A stretch of 64,000 nucleotides of DNA from Gemmatimonadales bacterium (GTDB taxonomy: Bacteria > Gemmatimonadota > Gemmatimonadetes > Gemmatimonadales > GWC2-71-9), in the NCBI GenBank assembly GCA_036500345.1, contig DASYCE010000017.1:10071-74070 (forward strand), written 5' to 3'. Position numbers and translations under genes: made by a program. Every line of letters begins with the position of its first letter. The stretch's first letter is position 1. The notes under the pieces were generated by a model that saw only the letters and a list, made by a program, of their open reading frames with translations, ran no database searches and was not told the origin of the DNA. This document shows, one piece after another, positions 16,407 through 25,585 of this stretch.

Positions 16407-16453
16407 GTCATTCCGAGCGGAGCAGTCGCAGCGCGATTGCGCAGTCGAGGAAC
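16407..16453 (+). repeat. Structured ~48-nt intergenic repeat element, copy A (between queF and dinB)
   Basis: gtcattccgagcggaGCAGTCGCagcGCGATTGCgcagtcgaggaac. The inner 8-bp helix is 16422-16429/16433-16440 and the outer helix is TTCC/GGAA. It aligns position by position with copy B at 17660-17708. Confidence 0.6.
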
Positions 16454-16458
16454 AAAAT

Positions 16459-17652
16459 TTACTTCCTATCGCGCTCCTTGGGGCGCACCCGGCCGCTGTG
16501 GACCGCGTCGAAACCGAACTTGGCGCGGACCCGGTCGACCGCGCTGGTGAGGTCGCGCTGTCGGGTACGGTCCGGTTCCTCGAAGAGATCGCCGACATCG
16601 GCGGGGGCGAGGCCGGTCGCGGCGATGCCGAGGAGGCGCACCCCCTGGCGGCGCGCGCGTGCGGCGGCGAATGCCGGTCCCATCAGCGCGCGAGCCGGCG
16701 CCATCAGTTCGGCGTCGAGCGCCGTCGCCGCATCGAGCGTCTTGCGCCGGGTGACGGTGACAAAGTCCCCGTGGCGCAGCTTGAGGACAACCGTCCGTGC
16801 CACCAGTCCCTCTTCGCGAAGCTGATTCGCCATCCGAGAGGTGAGAACAAGGAGGACGCGATCGAGCTCGTCGAGCGAGGTCAGGTCGCGCCCGAAGGTC
16901 GTCTCGCGGCTCACCGACCTCGGGAGATCGTGGGCGCGGAGCGACGTGCCGCCGCGTCCGTCAGCGCGGCGCGCCAGCCAGAGTGCTTCGTCGCGCCCGA
17001 CGAGCTTGGCGAGTTCATCTGCCGGCATCGTCTGGATCTGTGCCACATCGGAGAGGCCGCGCTCGGCGAGCCGCTTCGCCGTCTTCGGTCCGATTCCCGG
17101 AAGTGCAGCGAGCGACAGCCCCGCGACAAACGCCCGCTCCCATCCGGGGCGCACTTCGCAGATCGCGCGCGGCTTGGCGTAGTCGCTGGCGATCTTGGCG
17201 ATCATCCGGTTGGGGCCGATGCCGATCGAACAGCTCAGTCCGCTCGCGGCGGCGACCTCGTTGCGGATCAGCTCGGCGTGTTCGAGGAGCGAGACGGGAA
17301 AGAGGAGATCGGTCCCGGTGAAATCGAGGTATCCCTCGTCGAGGCCGGTCATCACCGCGACCGGTGCGTGTTTCGCCATCACCTTCTGCACCGCGCGCGA
17401 CGCCGTGCGGTAATGGGTGAATTCGCCGCGGACGAAGGTTGCGTCGGGACAGAGCCGCGCCGCCTGCGCGATCGGCATCCCACTCCGCACGCCGAACTTG
17501 CGCGCGCCGTAGCTTGCCGACTGCACCACGCCGCGCGACTCGCGCCGCCCACCGACGATCAGCAGCTCGACGTCGCGGAGCTCGGGTTGGTGCTGCCGGC
17601 AGACCTCGACGAAGAACGCGTCGAGATCGACGTGCATGAAGCGGGTGGACAA
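16459..17652 (-). CDS. dinB: DNA polymerase IV (Y-family translesion polymerase)
   Basis: FMHVDLDAFFVEVC...VVQSASYGARKFGVRSGMP...LDEGYLD...IGIGPNRMIAKIASDYAKP...LPGIGPKTAKRL. The start is either TTG 17652 (GAGGG 6 nt upstream) or ATG 17637. Confidence 0.9.
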   Translation of the reverse strand: MSTRFMHVDLDAFFVEVCRQHQPELRDVELLIVGGRRESRGVVQSASYGARKFGVRSGMPIAQAARLCPDATFVRGEFTHYRTASRAVQKVMAKHAPVAVMTGLDEGYLDFTGTDLLFPVSLLEHAELIRNEVAAASGLSCSIGIGPNRMIAKIASDYAKPRAICEVRPGWERAFVAGLSLAALPGIGPKTAKRLAERGLSDVAQIQTMPADELAKLVGRDEALWLARRADGRGGTSLRAHDLPRSVSRETTFGRDLTSLDELDRVLLVLTSRMANQLREEGLVARTVVLKLRHGDFVTVTRRKTLDAATALDAELMAPARALMGPAFAAARARRQGVRLLGIAATGLAPADVGDLFEEPDRTRQRDLTSAVDRVRAKFGFDAVHSGRVRPKERDRK

Positions 17653-17659
17653 TGGTGCC

Positions 17660-17708
17660 CTCGTCCTGAGCGAAGCAGCCGCTCAGCGGCTGCGGAGTCG
17701 AAGGATAG
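17660..17708 (+). repeat. Structured ~48-nt intergenic repeat element, copy B (between dinB and the dehydrogenase gene)
   Basis: ctcgtcctgagcgaaGCAGCCGCtcaGCGGCTGCggagtcgaaggatag. The inner perfect 8-bp helix is 17675-17682/17686-17693 and the outer helix is TCCT/AGGA. Confidence 0.6.
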
Positions 17709-17736
17709 ATTGCAGCGCCATTCTTTGGAGCGTGTC

Positions 17737-18627
17737 ATGCGAATCGGATTCGCCGGCCTGGGCGCGATCGGCGCCCCCATGGCGGCCCAGTGCGCCGCCA
17801 AGCACGAGCTCACGGTGTGGAACCGCACGCGGTCGCGGGCCGACCAGTTCGCCGCCGAGCACCCGGGAGTGCGCATCGCCGCCACGCCGCGCGAACTCGC
17901 TGCCGCAAGCGATGCCGTCATCACCTGCCTGCCGACCTCGGCCGACGTCGGGGCGATCATCGCCGGTCCCGATGGATTGCTCGCCGGCTTCCGCTCTGGC
18001 AGCCTTCTCATCGACTGCACCTCGGGCGATCCGTCGACATCGCGGACCATCGCGAAGGATCTCGGCGCGCACGGGATCGAGTTTGTCGACGCGCCGGTGA
18101 GCGGCGGGCCGCCACTTGCCCGCGAGGGGCGCCTCACGGTGATGTGCGGCGGCGATGCCGCGGCGATCGAGCGGGCGCGCCCGGTGGTCGGATCGTTTGC
18201 GGCGAAGGTGGTGCATCTCGGGCCCGTCGGCGCCGGCCACGCGATGAAGGCGGTCAACAATGCGCTGCTCGCGGTCCACATCCTCGCGCTGGCCGAGGGA
18301 CTCGTCACCCTGGCGAAGGCGGGGCTCGCGCCGAAGGCGATGGTCGAGGTCCTCAACGCATCGAGCGGGCGGTCGTTCGTGAGCGAGGCGCTGGTCCCGG
18401 AGCGGGTGCTGACCGGGACGTGGCCGCAACTCTTCCGCCTGGCGCTCCTCGAAAAGGACATCGGCATCGCCGAAACGCTGGCGACGTCGATGGGAGTGCC
18501 GCATCCCGTCCTCGGCGAGGCGCGGGAGCGGATGCGCGCGCTCCGGGCCAAGCTTGGAGAATCCGCTGACTATATGGATCCGATCCGGGACGCCGAGCAG
18601 GGGGCGGGTGTGGAGCTGCGCGGGTGA
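17737..18627 (+). CDS. NAD(P)-dependent beta-hydroxyacid dehydrogenase (3-hydroxyisobutyrate / 2-hydroxy-3-oxopropionate reductase family)
   Basis: Only the last 296 codons of track ORF 16405..18627 look real; the upstream part is antisense to dinB. Motifs: MRIGFAGLGAIGAPMA Rossmann, DAPVSGGP, GAGHAMKAVNN. Confidence 0.85.
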   Translation: MRIGFAGLGAIGAPMAAQCAAKHELTVWNRTRSRADQFAAEHPGVRIAATPRELAAASDAVITCLPTSADVGAIIAGPDGLLAGFRSGSLLIDCTSGDPSTSRTIAKDLGAHGIEFVDAPVSGGPPLAREGRLTVMCGGDAAAIERARPVVGSFAAKVVHLGPVGAGHAMKAVNNALLAVHILALAEGLVTLAKAGLAPKAMVEVLNASSGRSFVSEALVPERVLTGTWPQLFRLALLEKDIGIAETLATSMGVPHPVLGEARERMRALRAKLGESADYMDPIRDAEQGAGVELRG

Positions 18628-19433
18628 ACGACGGAGCAGGGGAGGCGGAGGAGCTTCAGGCGGCAGGGATGTCGGCGGTCGCGCCGCCGGTGCTGGTGCT
18701 GGTGGCGGTGCAGGATCTCGTCAACCTCGCCTCGTGCATCCGGATCGCGAAGAATTTCGGCCTCGAAACGGTGCGCCTCGTGGCTCCGGAGTGCGAGGTC
18801 GATCTCTACCGGATCGAAGGGGTGGCCCACAACACCGCCGACCTCCTCGATCGGATGACGATTCACGAGACGCTCGACGAAGCCTTCGCCGACCTCATCT
18901 GTGTGCACGCCCTCACCGGACGGGAGCGCACCGCGAAGCGCACGGTGGTGCGGCCGCGCGCGGGAGCGGCCGATCTCATCGAGCGCAGCGCCAGCGGTCG
19001 CGTCGGCATCCTGGCGGGGCGCGAGGACAAGGGGCTCAGCAACGAGGAGCTCGACCGTTGCAACGCGCTGGTGACGATCAGCGCGAATCCTGCGTACAAC
19101 TCGCTCAATCTCGCGCAGGCGGTCGCGGTCTACTGCTACGAGCTCTGGGTCGCGCGCGGTGGCGACGATCTCCCGTTCAAGCCGCCGCGCAAGGCGTCGG
19201 AGCCGCCGACGCAGGCGCAGATCGAAGCGCTCTTCGCGACCTGGCGCACCGCGCTCGAGGAGATCGAGTTTTTCAAGACGCGGCAGCCCGACCTGGTGAT
19301 GCGCTCGTTCCGCGAGGTCCTCTACCGGGCCGATCCCGACGCGCGCGAGGCCGCTCTGTTCCGCGCCATCGGGCTCGAAATCGGCCACGTCCTGCGGCGA
19401 CGCGGCGCCGAATCAACCCCGCCGCCAGTCTGA
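18624..19433 (+). CDS. SpoU/TrmH-family RNA 2'-O-methyltransferase (TrmJ-like)
   Basis: NLASCIRIAKNFG, VGILAGREDKGLSNEEL and SLNLAQAVAVYCYEL are SPOUT methyltransferase motifs. GTGA overlap with the previous stop; ATG 18669 is an alternative start. Confidence 0.8.
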   Translation: MNDGAGEAEELQAAGMSAVAPPVLVLVAVQDLVNLASCIRIAKNFGLETVRLVAPECEVDLYRIEGVAHNTADLLDRMTIHETLDEAFADLICVHALTGRERTAKRTVVRPRAGAADLIERSASGRVGILAGREDKGLSNEELDRCNALVTISANPAYNSLNLAQAVAVYCYELWVARGGDDLPFKPPRKASEPPTQAQIEALFATWRTALEEIEFFKTRQPDLVMRSFREVLYRADPDAREAALFRAIGLEIGHVLRRRGAESTPPPV

Positions 19434-19499
19434 GGTTGAACCGCTTTCGAACATCCACTACTTTTTCGGCTCTCCCAACTGCGTGGGTGGACAAGCGAT

Positions 19500-20075
19500 A
19501 TGCGAAAACGGCTCTTCCTGGGACTTGGTGTCCTGGCGATCGCTGCGGTGGCGACCCTGACTGTCTTCCGCCGCGGTAGTGCCCAGCAGACCACGGCAGG
19601 AAAACCCGTCGTCGCCAATGTCGACCCCGCATCACTCAAAGGTCCTCGCCAGCCGATCTTCTTCCGGCACGATATTCACGTCGGTCGGAACCAGATGCAG
19701 TGTCAGTATTGCCACTACTCGGTTGGCGTCTCCAACGAACCGGGGATCCCGAGCATGCAGACGTGCATGGGGTGCCACTTCTCGATCGCCGGAAGCACGC
19801 CGCAGAACAAGGCCGAGATCGGCAAGCTGACCAAGGCGTGGTACGCCAAGACGCCGATCGAATGGGTCCGCATCCACGCCGTCGCCCGTCACGTCCACTT
19901 CCCGCACAACCTGCATATCAAGGCGCTCGGCCCGCAGGCGTGCGCCACCTGCCACGGCAACGTGGCCCGCATGGCGCAGGTGTACAAGGTGAACAACGTG
20001 AACAACATGGGCTTCTGCATCAATTGCCACATCGAGCGGAAAGTTTCGCGCGATTGCAGCCAGTGTCATTTCTGA
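19500..20075 (+). CDS. actA: Alternative complex III subunit ActA (pentahaem cytochrome c)
   Basis: N-terminal TM/signal anchor and five CxxCH motifs (CQYCH, CMGCH, CATCH, CINCH, CSQCH). First gene of an actABCDEF-ordered cluster. Confidence 0.85.
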   Translation: MRKRLFLGLGVLAIAAVATLTVFRRGSAQQTTAGKPVVANVDPASLKGPRQPIFFRHDIHVGRNQMQCQYCHYSVGVSNEPGIPSMQTCMGCHFSIAGSTPQNKAEIGKLTKAWYAKTPIEWVRIHAVARHVHFPHNLHIKALGPQACATCHGNVARMAQVYKVNNVNNMGFCINCHIERKVSRDCSQCHF

Positions 20076-20076
20076 G

Positions 20077-23000
20077 ATGACGACTCGGAATCCCGAAGAC
20101 GGAGCCGCGATGGCGGGTCAAACCGAAGGTGCGGGTGTCGACCGGCGGCAATTCCTCAAGGTGCTCGGAACCGCCGGCGCAGGTGCCGCGGTCCTGACCG
20201 GATGTTCGACCGAGAAGGTCCAGAAGCTGGTTCCGTATCTGGTGCAGTCGGAGGATCAGGTCCCCGGGATCCCCACGTGGTACGCCAGCACCTGCGCCGA
20301 GTGCAGCAGCGGCTGCGGGATCTACGTCAAGACCCGCGAAGGGCGCCCGATCAAGCTCGAAGGGAATCCTGATCACCCGGTCAACGCCGGCACCCTCTGT
20401 TCGCGTGGACAGGCCGGTCTGCAATCGCTCTACAATCCCGACCGCCTCACCGGACCGATGGCGAAGAACGCCGCCGGCAAGTGGGACGCGATCAAGTGGG
20501 ATGACGCCATCGCTCGTTTCGCCGCAAAGGTTGCCGCGGCGCAGGGCGAACTCGCCGTGATCAACGGCTACGGCCCGTCGACCTTCTCGTCGCTCCTCAC
20601 CAAGTGGACGTCGGCGCTGGGCGGGTTCATCACGAACTACCAGACGTTCTCGCGCGAGCCGGAGCGCCTTGCCAATCAGAAGTCGTGGGGCCGGACCGAT
20701 CTCCCGGTCTACGACTTCGGCGCGGCCAAATACATCATCTCCTTCGGCGCCGACTATCTCGAAACGTGGGGCTCGACGGTCGAGCAGCAGCGTGGATTCG
20801 CCACGTCGCACGGCTTCCACGACGGCATCATGGCGCGGGCGGTCTTTGTCGGGCCGCGCCTCTCGCTCACCGCAGCGAATTCGGACGAGTGGGTCAACGT
20901 GCCGGTCGGGACGGAAACGCTCGTCGCGCTGGCGATGGCGCAGGTCATCGGATCGAAGAAGGGGAACGCCGGGGCCGCATCGCTGGGCGACTACACGCCC
21001 GACAAGGTCGCTGCCGCAACGGGGCTCACCGCGCAGAAGATCACCGCGCTCGCCGACGCGTTCGTGGCCGCATCGCCGTCGCTCGCGGTGGCTGGCGGCG
21101 TTGGCGCGCAGCATCGCGGCGCGATCGAACTCTGCCAGGCGGTCAACCTGCTGAATGAGATGGCGGGGAACGTTGGCCAGACGGTGAAGTTCGGGGCAGC
21201 ACCCGCCGAGAGCGAAGGATATGGCAGCGTCGAGGCCCTGTTCGAACGGATGGGGAAGGGCGAGTTCCAGGTCGTGCTGGTGCACGATTCGAATCCACTG
21301 TACACCCTGCCGCGCGGCGGGAAGTTCGGCGACGCGTTCGCGAAGGTGCCGTTCAAGGTGTCGACCGCGGCGATCCTCGACGAAACCGCTGCGGCGTGCG
21401 ACCTGATTCTGCCGAGCCTCCATGGGCTCGAGCGGTGGGACGACCTGATGCCGCGCGCCGGCGTCCACGGCGTGATGCAGCCGGTGATCGAGCCGGTGCG
21501 CGACGGGATGCACATCGGGGATCTAATCCTCAAGGCATCGAAGACAATCGGCGGCGCCGCCGCGGCGTTCAACGCGCCGAGCTTCGAGGACTATCTCAAG
21601 GGCGAGTGGCAGAAGACGCTCGGCGGCAACGACTTCGCCGACGGCTGGCGCGAGACCCTCGGGAAGGGTGGCGTCTTCGGGCCGGCGGTGGCTGTTGAAA
21701 CACCGAAATCGACCGGTGCGGCGGTGTCGTACACCAAGCCGACGTTCGACGGCACCGGCGACTATGTCCTGATGCCGTACCCGTCGATGCAATACTACGA
21801 CGGTCGCGGCGCCAACAAGCCGTGGCTCCTCGAGAACCCCGATCCAATCACCAAGATCACCTGGCAGTCGTGGGTCGAAATGCACCCCGACACCGCGGCG
21901 AAGATCGATGTCCGTGAAGGCGAAATCGTCGAGTTGACGTCGCCGCATGGAAAGATCCGCGCGCAGGTCTACGTCTACCCCGGTGTTCGCCCAGAGACAC
22001 TGGCGATGCCGCTCGGTCTCGGCCACACCGAGTACGGCCGGTACGCCAAGGGACGCGGCGTCACCCCGCTCGAGCTGCTCGGCGGCGGCGACGGCAACGG
22101 ATTCCTCCCGTACGTCGGGACCAAGGTGAGCGTGGCGCTCACCGGCGATTATCACAAGACGGCGCGTGTCGACGGGATGCCGCGGCAGCTCGGTCGCGGA
22201 ATCATCCAGACGATGCCGCTGGTGAACGCGGCGAAGGGGATGACGCCCGAGGAGTCGTACAAGGCGGTCGGGCTCAAGATCGCCGAAGAGAACACGGCGC
22301 TCGAAGAGAAGGCGCTCGAAGGATGGCAAGAGCGGCAGATCGAGCAGACGAAAGTCGGCGACTACGAGCCAACCGACATGCCGCAGTGGGGAATGGCAGT
22401 CGACCTCTCGCGCTGCACGGGCTGCTCCGCGTGCGTCACGGCGTGCTACGCCGAGAACAACATTCCGACCGTGGGTGAAGAGCAGGTCTTCCGCCGCCGC
22501 GAGATGAGCTGGATGCGCATCGAGCGCTACTGGGAAGGCGGCACCGACGGCGAACAGATCCAGGCGCGCTTCTCGCCGGTGATGTGCCAGCACTGCGGCG
22601 CGGCACCATGCGAGCCGGTCTGCCCGGTCTATGCGTCGTATCACACCCCTGATGGGCTCAACGGACAGGTGTACAACCGCTGCGTCGGCACCCGCTACTG
22701 CAGCAATAACTGTCCGTTCAAGGTGCGCTACTTCAACTGGCTCAAGTACACCGACATCGCATGGCCGGAGCCGCTCAACCTGCAGCTCAATCCCGATGTG
22801 GTGACCCGCGTGCGCGGTGTGATGGAGAAGTGCACCTTCTGCATCCAGCGGATCCGCGGCGCGCAGCACACGGCGATTCTCGAGAACCGCGGGCTCCGCA
22901 CCGGCGAAGTGGTCACCGCATGCGCGCAGGCGTGCCCGTCGGGCGCGATCAAGTTCGGCAACATCAAGGATCCGGCCGAGGAAGTGGTCAAGTGGAAGAA

Positions 23001-23115
23001 CGATCGGCGGGGCTACACGATGCTCGAGGCGACCAACGTCCAGCCCTCGGTGACATACCTCGCCAAGGTGTTGAATGTCGAGACGGCCGACTTCCACGGC
23101 GGGGAGGAGCGCTGA
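20077..23115 (+). CDS. actB: Alternative complex III subunit ActB (fused molybdopterin-oxidoreductase-like B1 and 4Fe-4S ferredoxin-like B2 domains)
   Basis: Tat signal DRRQFLKVLGTAGAGAAVLTGC. An MopB-like N-terminal ~700 aa. Four Cys clusters in the C-terminal part (CTGCSACVTAC, CQHCGAAPCEPVCP, CVGTRYCSNNCP, CTFCIQR...CAQACP). Confidence 0.9.
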   Translation: MTTRNPEDGAAMAGQTEGAGVDRRQFLKVLGTAGAGAAVLTGCSTEKVQKLVPYLVQSEDQVPGIPTWYASTCAECSSGCGIYVKTREGRPIKLEGNPDHPVNAGTLCSRGQAGLQSLYNPDRLTGPMAKNAAGKWDAIKWDDAIARFAAKVAAAQGELAVINGYGPSTFSSLLTKWTSALGGFITNYQTFSREPERLANQKSWGRTDLPVYDFGAAKYIISFGADYLETWGSTVEQQRGFATSHGFHDGIMARAVFVGPRLSLTAANSDEWVNVPVGTETLVALAMAQVIGSKKGNAGAASLGDYTPDKVAAATGLTAQKITALADAFVAASPSLAVAGGVGAQHRGAIELCQAVNLLNEMAGNVGQTVKFGAAPAESEGYGSVEALFERMGKGEFQVVLVHDSNPLYTLPRGGKFGDAFAKVPFKVSTAAILDETAAACDLILPSLHGLERWDDLMPRAGVHGVMQPVIEPVRDGMHIGDLILKASKTIGGAAAAFNAPSFEDYLKGEWQKTLGGNDFADGWRETLGKGGVFGPAVAVETPKSTGAAVSYTKPTFDGTGDYVLMPYPSMQYYDGRGANKPWLLENPDPITKITWQSWVEMHPDTAAKIDVREGEIVELTSPHGKIRAQVYVYPGVRPETLAMPLGLGHTEYGRYAKGRGVTPLELLGGGDGNGFLPYVGTKVSVALTGDYHKTARVDGMPRQLGRGIIQTMPLVNAAKGMTPEESYKAVGLKIAEENTALEEKALEGWQERQIEQTKVGDYEPTDMPQWGMAVDLSRCTGCSACVTACYAENNIPTVGEEQVFRRREMSWMRIERYWEGGTDGEQIQARFSPVMCQHCGAAPCEPVCPVYASYHTPDGLNGQVYNRCVGTRYCSNNCPFKVRYFNWLKYTDIAWPEPLNLQLNPDVVTRVRGVMEKCTFCIQRIRGAQHTAILENRGLRTGEVVTACAQACPSGAIKFGNIKDPAEEVVKWKNDRRGYTMLEATNVQPSVTYLAKVLNVETADFHGGEER

Positions 23116-23116
23116 C

Positions 23117-24475
23117 ATGGCGGTGATCGCACACGATCCGAGCATGCCGACGCAGACCCACGCGGAAGTCACGCGGGATGTGGTCCGCACCATCACCGAG
23201 AAGCCGGAGCCGGGATACTACATCCTCGCCGGCGCGATGGCGTGCCTTACGCTGCTGCTCTTCTTCACGCTGGGCGCCCTGCTCAAGTACGGACTCGGGA
23301 TCGCGGGGTATTCGCCGCCGATCATGTGGTCGGTGTACATCACGACCTTCGTCTTCTGGATCGGCATCGGCCACGCCGGCACGCTGATCTCGGCGATTCT
23401 TTATCTCTTCCGGTCGCGGTGGCGCACCGCGGTCTACCGCTCGACCGAAGCGATGACGGTCTTCGCCGTGATGACGGCAGCACTCTTCCCGATCATTCAC
23501 ATCGGGCGGCAGTGGCTCTTCTACTGGCTGATTCCGTACCCCAACCAGCGCTTCCTCTGGCCGAACTTCAAGTCGCCGCTGATGTGGGACGTGTTCGCGA
23601 TTTCGACGTACCTGACGGTGTCGTCGACGTTCCTGGTGATCGGGCTGATCCCCGACATCGCGGCGGTGCGCGACCACGTGAGCGGCTGGAAGAAGAAGCT
23701 CTACTCGGCACTCTCGCTGGGATGGACCGGTGCCGATTCGCAGTGGCGCCACTACAGCCGGGCGTATCTCTACCTCGCCGCCCTCGCGACGCCGCTGGTC
23801 CTCTCGGTGCACTCCGTGGTGTCCTGGGACTTCGCCATGTCGATCATCCCCGGCTGGCACGGGACGATTTTCGCGCCGTACTTCGTGGCCGGCGCGATCT
23901 ACTCCGGCATCGGCATGGTCCTGACGCTGATCATTCCGCTCCGCAAGGTGCTGCGGCTGGAGCACATGATCACCGACTACCACTTCGACAACCTCGCCAA
24001 GCTGACACTGCTGACCGGCTCGATCCTCTTCTACGCGTATTCGATGGAGTACTTCGTCGCGTGGTACTCGGGGAGCCCGTTCGAGCAGGCGACGTTCTGG
24101 CGCCGCGTCTTCGGGCCGAACTGGTGGGCGGGCTGGTCGATGGTGATCTGCAACGCCTTCGTGTCGCAGCTTCTGTGGTTCAAGAAGATTCGCACCTCGC
24201 TCCCGGCACTCTTCGTCATCTCGATCTTCATCAACATCGGGATGTGGTTCGAGCGGTGGGTGATCATCTCGATGTCACTGACCAACGACTACGTGCCGTA
24301 CGCCTGGGGCCAGATCAATCCGACCTGGGCTGACTGGTGCATCCTCGCCGGCTCGTTCGGCTGGTTCGGACTCTGGTTCACGCTCTTCTACAAGAACTTC
24401 CCGATCGTCGCGATTCAGGAGATCAAGGAAATGATCCCGATGGCGCGCCGGAAGTCACACGCGGGGGCGCACTGA
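23117..24475 (+). CDS. actC: Alternative complex III subunit ActC (NrfD/PsrC-like quinol-interacting membrane subunit)
   Basis: Trimmed to ATG 23117, 1 nt after the actB stop. Polytopic NrfD-like membrane protein (WSVYITTFVFWIGIGHAGTLISA...). Confidence 0.9.
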   Translation: MAVIAHDPSMPTQTHAEVTRDVVRTITEKPEPGYYILAGAMACLTLLLFFTLGALLKYGLGIAGYSPPIMWSVYITTFVFWIGIGHAGTLISAILYLFRSRWRTAVYRSTEAMTVFAVMTAALFPIIHIGRQWLFYWLIPYPNQRFLWPNFKSPLMWDVFAISTYLTVSSTFLVIGLIPDIAAVRDHVSGWKKKLYSALSLGWTGADSQWRHYSRAYLYLAALATPLVLSVHSVVSWDFAMSIIPGWHGTIFAPYFVAGAIYSGIGMVLTLIIPLRKVLRLEHMITDYHFDNLAKLTLLTGSILFYAYSMEYFVAWYSGSPFEQATFWRRVFGPNWWAGWSMVICNAFVSQLLWFKKIRTSLPALFVISIFINIGMWFERWVIISMSLTNDYVPYAWGQINPTWADWCILAGSFGWFGLWFTLFYKNFPIVAIQEIKEMIPMARRKSHAGAH

Positions 24476-24990
24476 TGGCCGCGGTGACGTCGGTTCCGGG
24501 AGTGCTCGGCTCGTTCGATCACGTCGACGGCGCCGCCGACGCGATCCGCGAGCTCAAGTCGTCGGGGTTCAAGGACCTCACGGTCTACACTGCTGCGGCC
24601 AATCACGAAATCGAGACGGCGATCGGCGATCCGGTCTCGCCGGTGCGGATGTTCACGCTGGTTGGTGGGCTCTGCGGCGTCGCGGCCGGCTTCGGCATGA
24701 CGATCTGGATGTCGCGCGACTGGCCGCTGATCACCGGCGCCAAGGCGGTCGCGGCGATCCCGGCGTACGTCGTCTTCGGCTTCGAGCTGACGGTGCTGGT
24801 CGGCTCGCTCTGCACCGCATTCGGGATCGTGATCCTGTCGATGCGCAAGTCACTCAAGGGCCGCGCCTACTCGCCGCGATTCAGCGACGACCGAATCGGG
24901 ATCTTCGTTCCCTGTCGGTCCGATCAGGCCAATGCCGTCGAACAGGTGCTGGTGCACCACGGCTCGGTGGAGGTGACCCGTGATGCGTAA
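24475..24990 (+). CDS. actD: Alternative complex III subunit ActD (DUF3341-like)
   Basis: TGATG overlap with the actC stop at 24473-24477. Soluble N-terminal domain (VLGSFDHVDGAADAIRELKSSGF) followed by two TM helices, as in ActD. Confidence 0.8.
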   Translation: MAAVTSVPGVLGSFDHVDGAADAIRELKSSGFKDLTVYTAAANHEIETAIGDPVSPVRMFTLVGGLCGVAAGFGMTIWMSRDWPLITGAKAVAAIPAYVVFGFELTVLVGSLCTAFGIVILSMRKSLKGRAYSPRFSDDRIGIFVPCRSDQANAVEQVLVHHGSVEVTRDA

Positions 24991-25585
24991 GGCGATCCTG
25001 TTCGCCGGGCTGGTACTGCTCAGCGGCTGCAACTTCTGGTACAACGACGTTCCGTCGCCCGACGATCTGATGCACCACATTCCGTGGTTTGATCACATGA
25101 TCGTGGCGAAGTCGGTGAATCCGTATTCGAGCGCGGCCGTGCCGCGGTACACTCCGGCCGGCGCAGTGCCGGTGGGCGGCGGTGAAGCCGACTGGCGCAC
25201 CACCGATCCGTCCAAGCTGCAATACGGCTTCGACACGCTGTACGCCAAGAAGCTGGTGCGTCCCGCCAACCTGACGACGCGCCCCGACTCGCGCAGCGGG
25301 CAGGAGGTCTTCAATACCTACTGCGCCGTCTGTCACGGCTTCGCCGCCGACGGGAACGGTCCCGTGAAGGAGATGCTCGCGCCGTCGCTGCTCACCGCGC
25401 AGGCGCGCGCTTTCCCTGACGGCTACCTGTACAGCATGGTGCGCTACGGCCGCGGCCGGATGCCGCAGTACGGCGACAAGATCACCCGCATCGACGAACG
25501 CTGGGCGGTCGTCGATTACCTCCGCTCGCTGCAGGCGAAGTCGCCGGCGCCGCCGGCACCCGCACCGACCAAGGGGAGCCATTGA
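24980..25585 (+). CDS. actE: Alternative complex III subunit ActE (monohaem cytochrome c lipoprotein)
   Basis: Lipobox LLSGC and a single CAVCH haem motif with GRMPQYG downstream. It overlaps the actD stop (GTG 24980 / ATG 24983). Confidence 0.8.
   Translation: MMRKAILFAGLVLLSGCNFWYNDVPSPDDLMHHIPWFDHMIVAKSVNPYSSAAVPRYTPAGAVPVGGGEADWRTTDPSKLQYGFDTLYAKKLVRPANLTTRPDSRSGQEVFNTYCAVCHGFAADGNGPVKEMLAPSLLTAQARAFPDGYLYSMVRYGRGRMPQYGDKITRIDERWAVVDYLRSLQAKSPAPPAPAPTKGSH

Noticed and set aside
16385-16458. Possible preQ1 riboswitch upstream of queF.
   Set aside because: Read on the minus strand, the 74-nt leader lacks the short hairpin plus A-rich ACUA-type tail of preQ1-I/II/III motifs. The region is instead occupied by repeat copy A.
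16405-17736. N-terminal 444 codons of the 740-aa ORF 16405..18627.
   Set aside because: This part is antisense to dinB and is junk-like. Only the segment from ATG 17737 (Rossmann motif MRIGFAGLGAIG) is a real dehydrogenase gene.
21523-23196. 557-aa minus-strand ORF, together with 20020..21513 (497 aa).
   Set aside because: Both are antisense to actB, which has a Tat signal and Fe-S clusters. Their composition is Arg/His/Asp-biased. No independent support.
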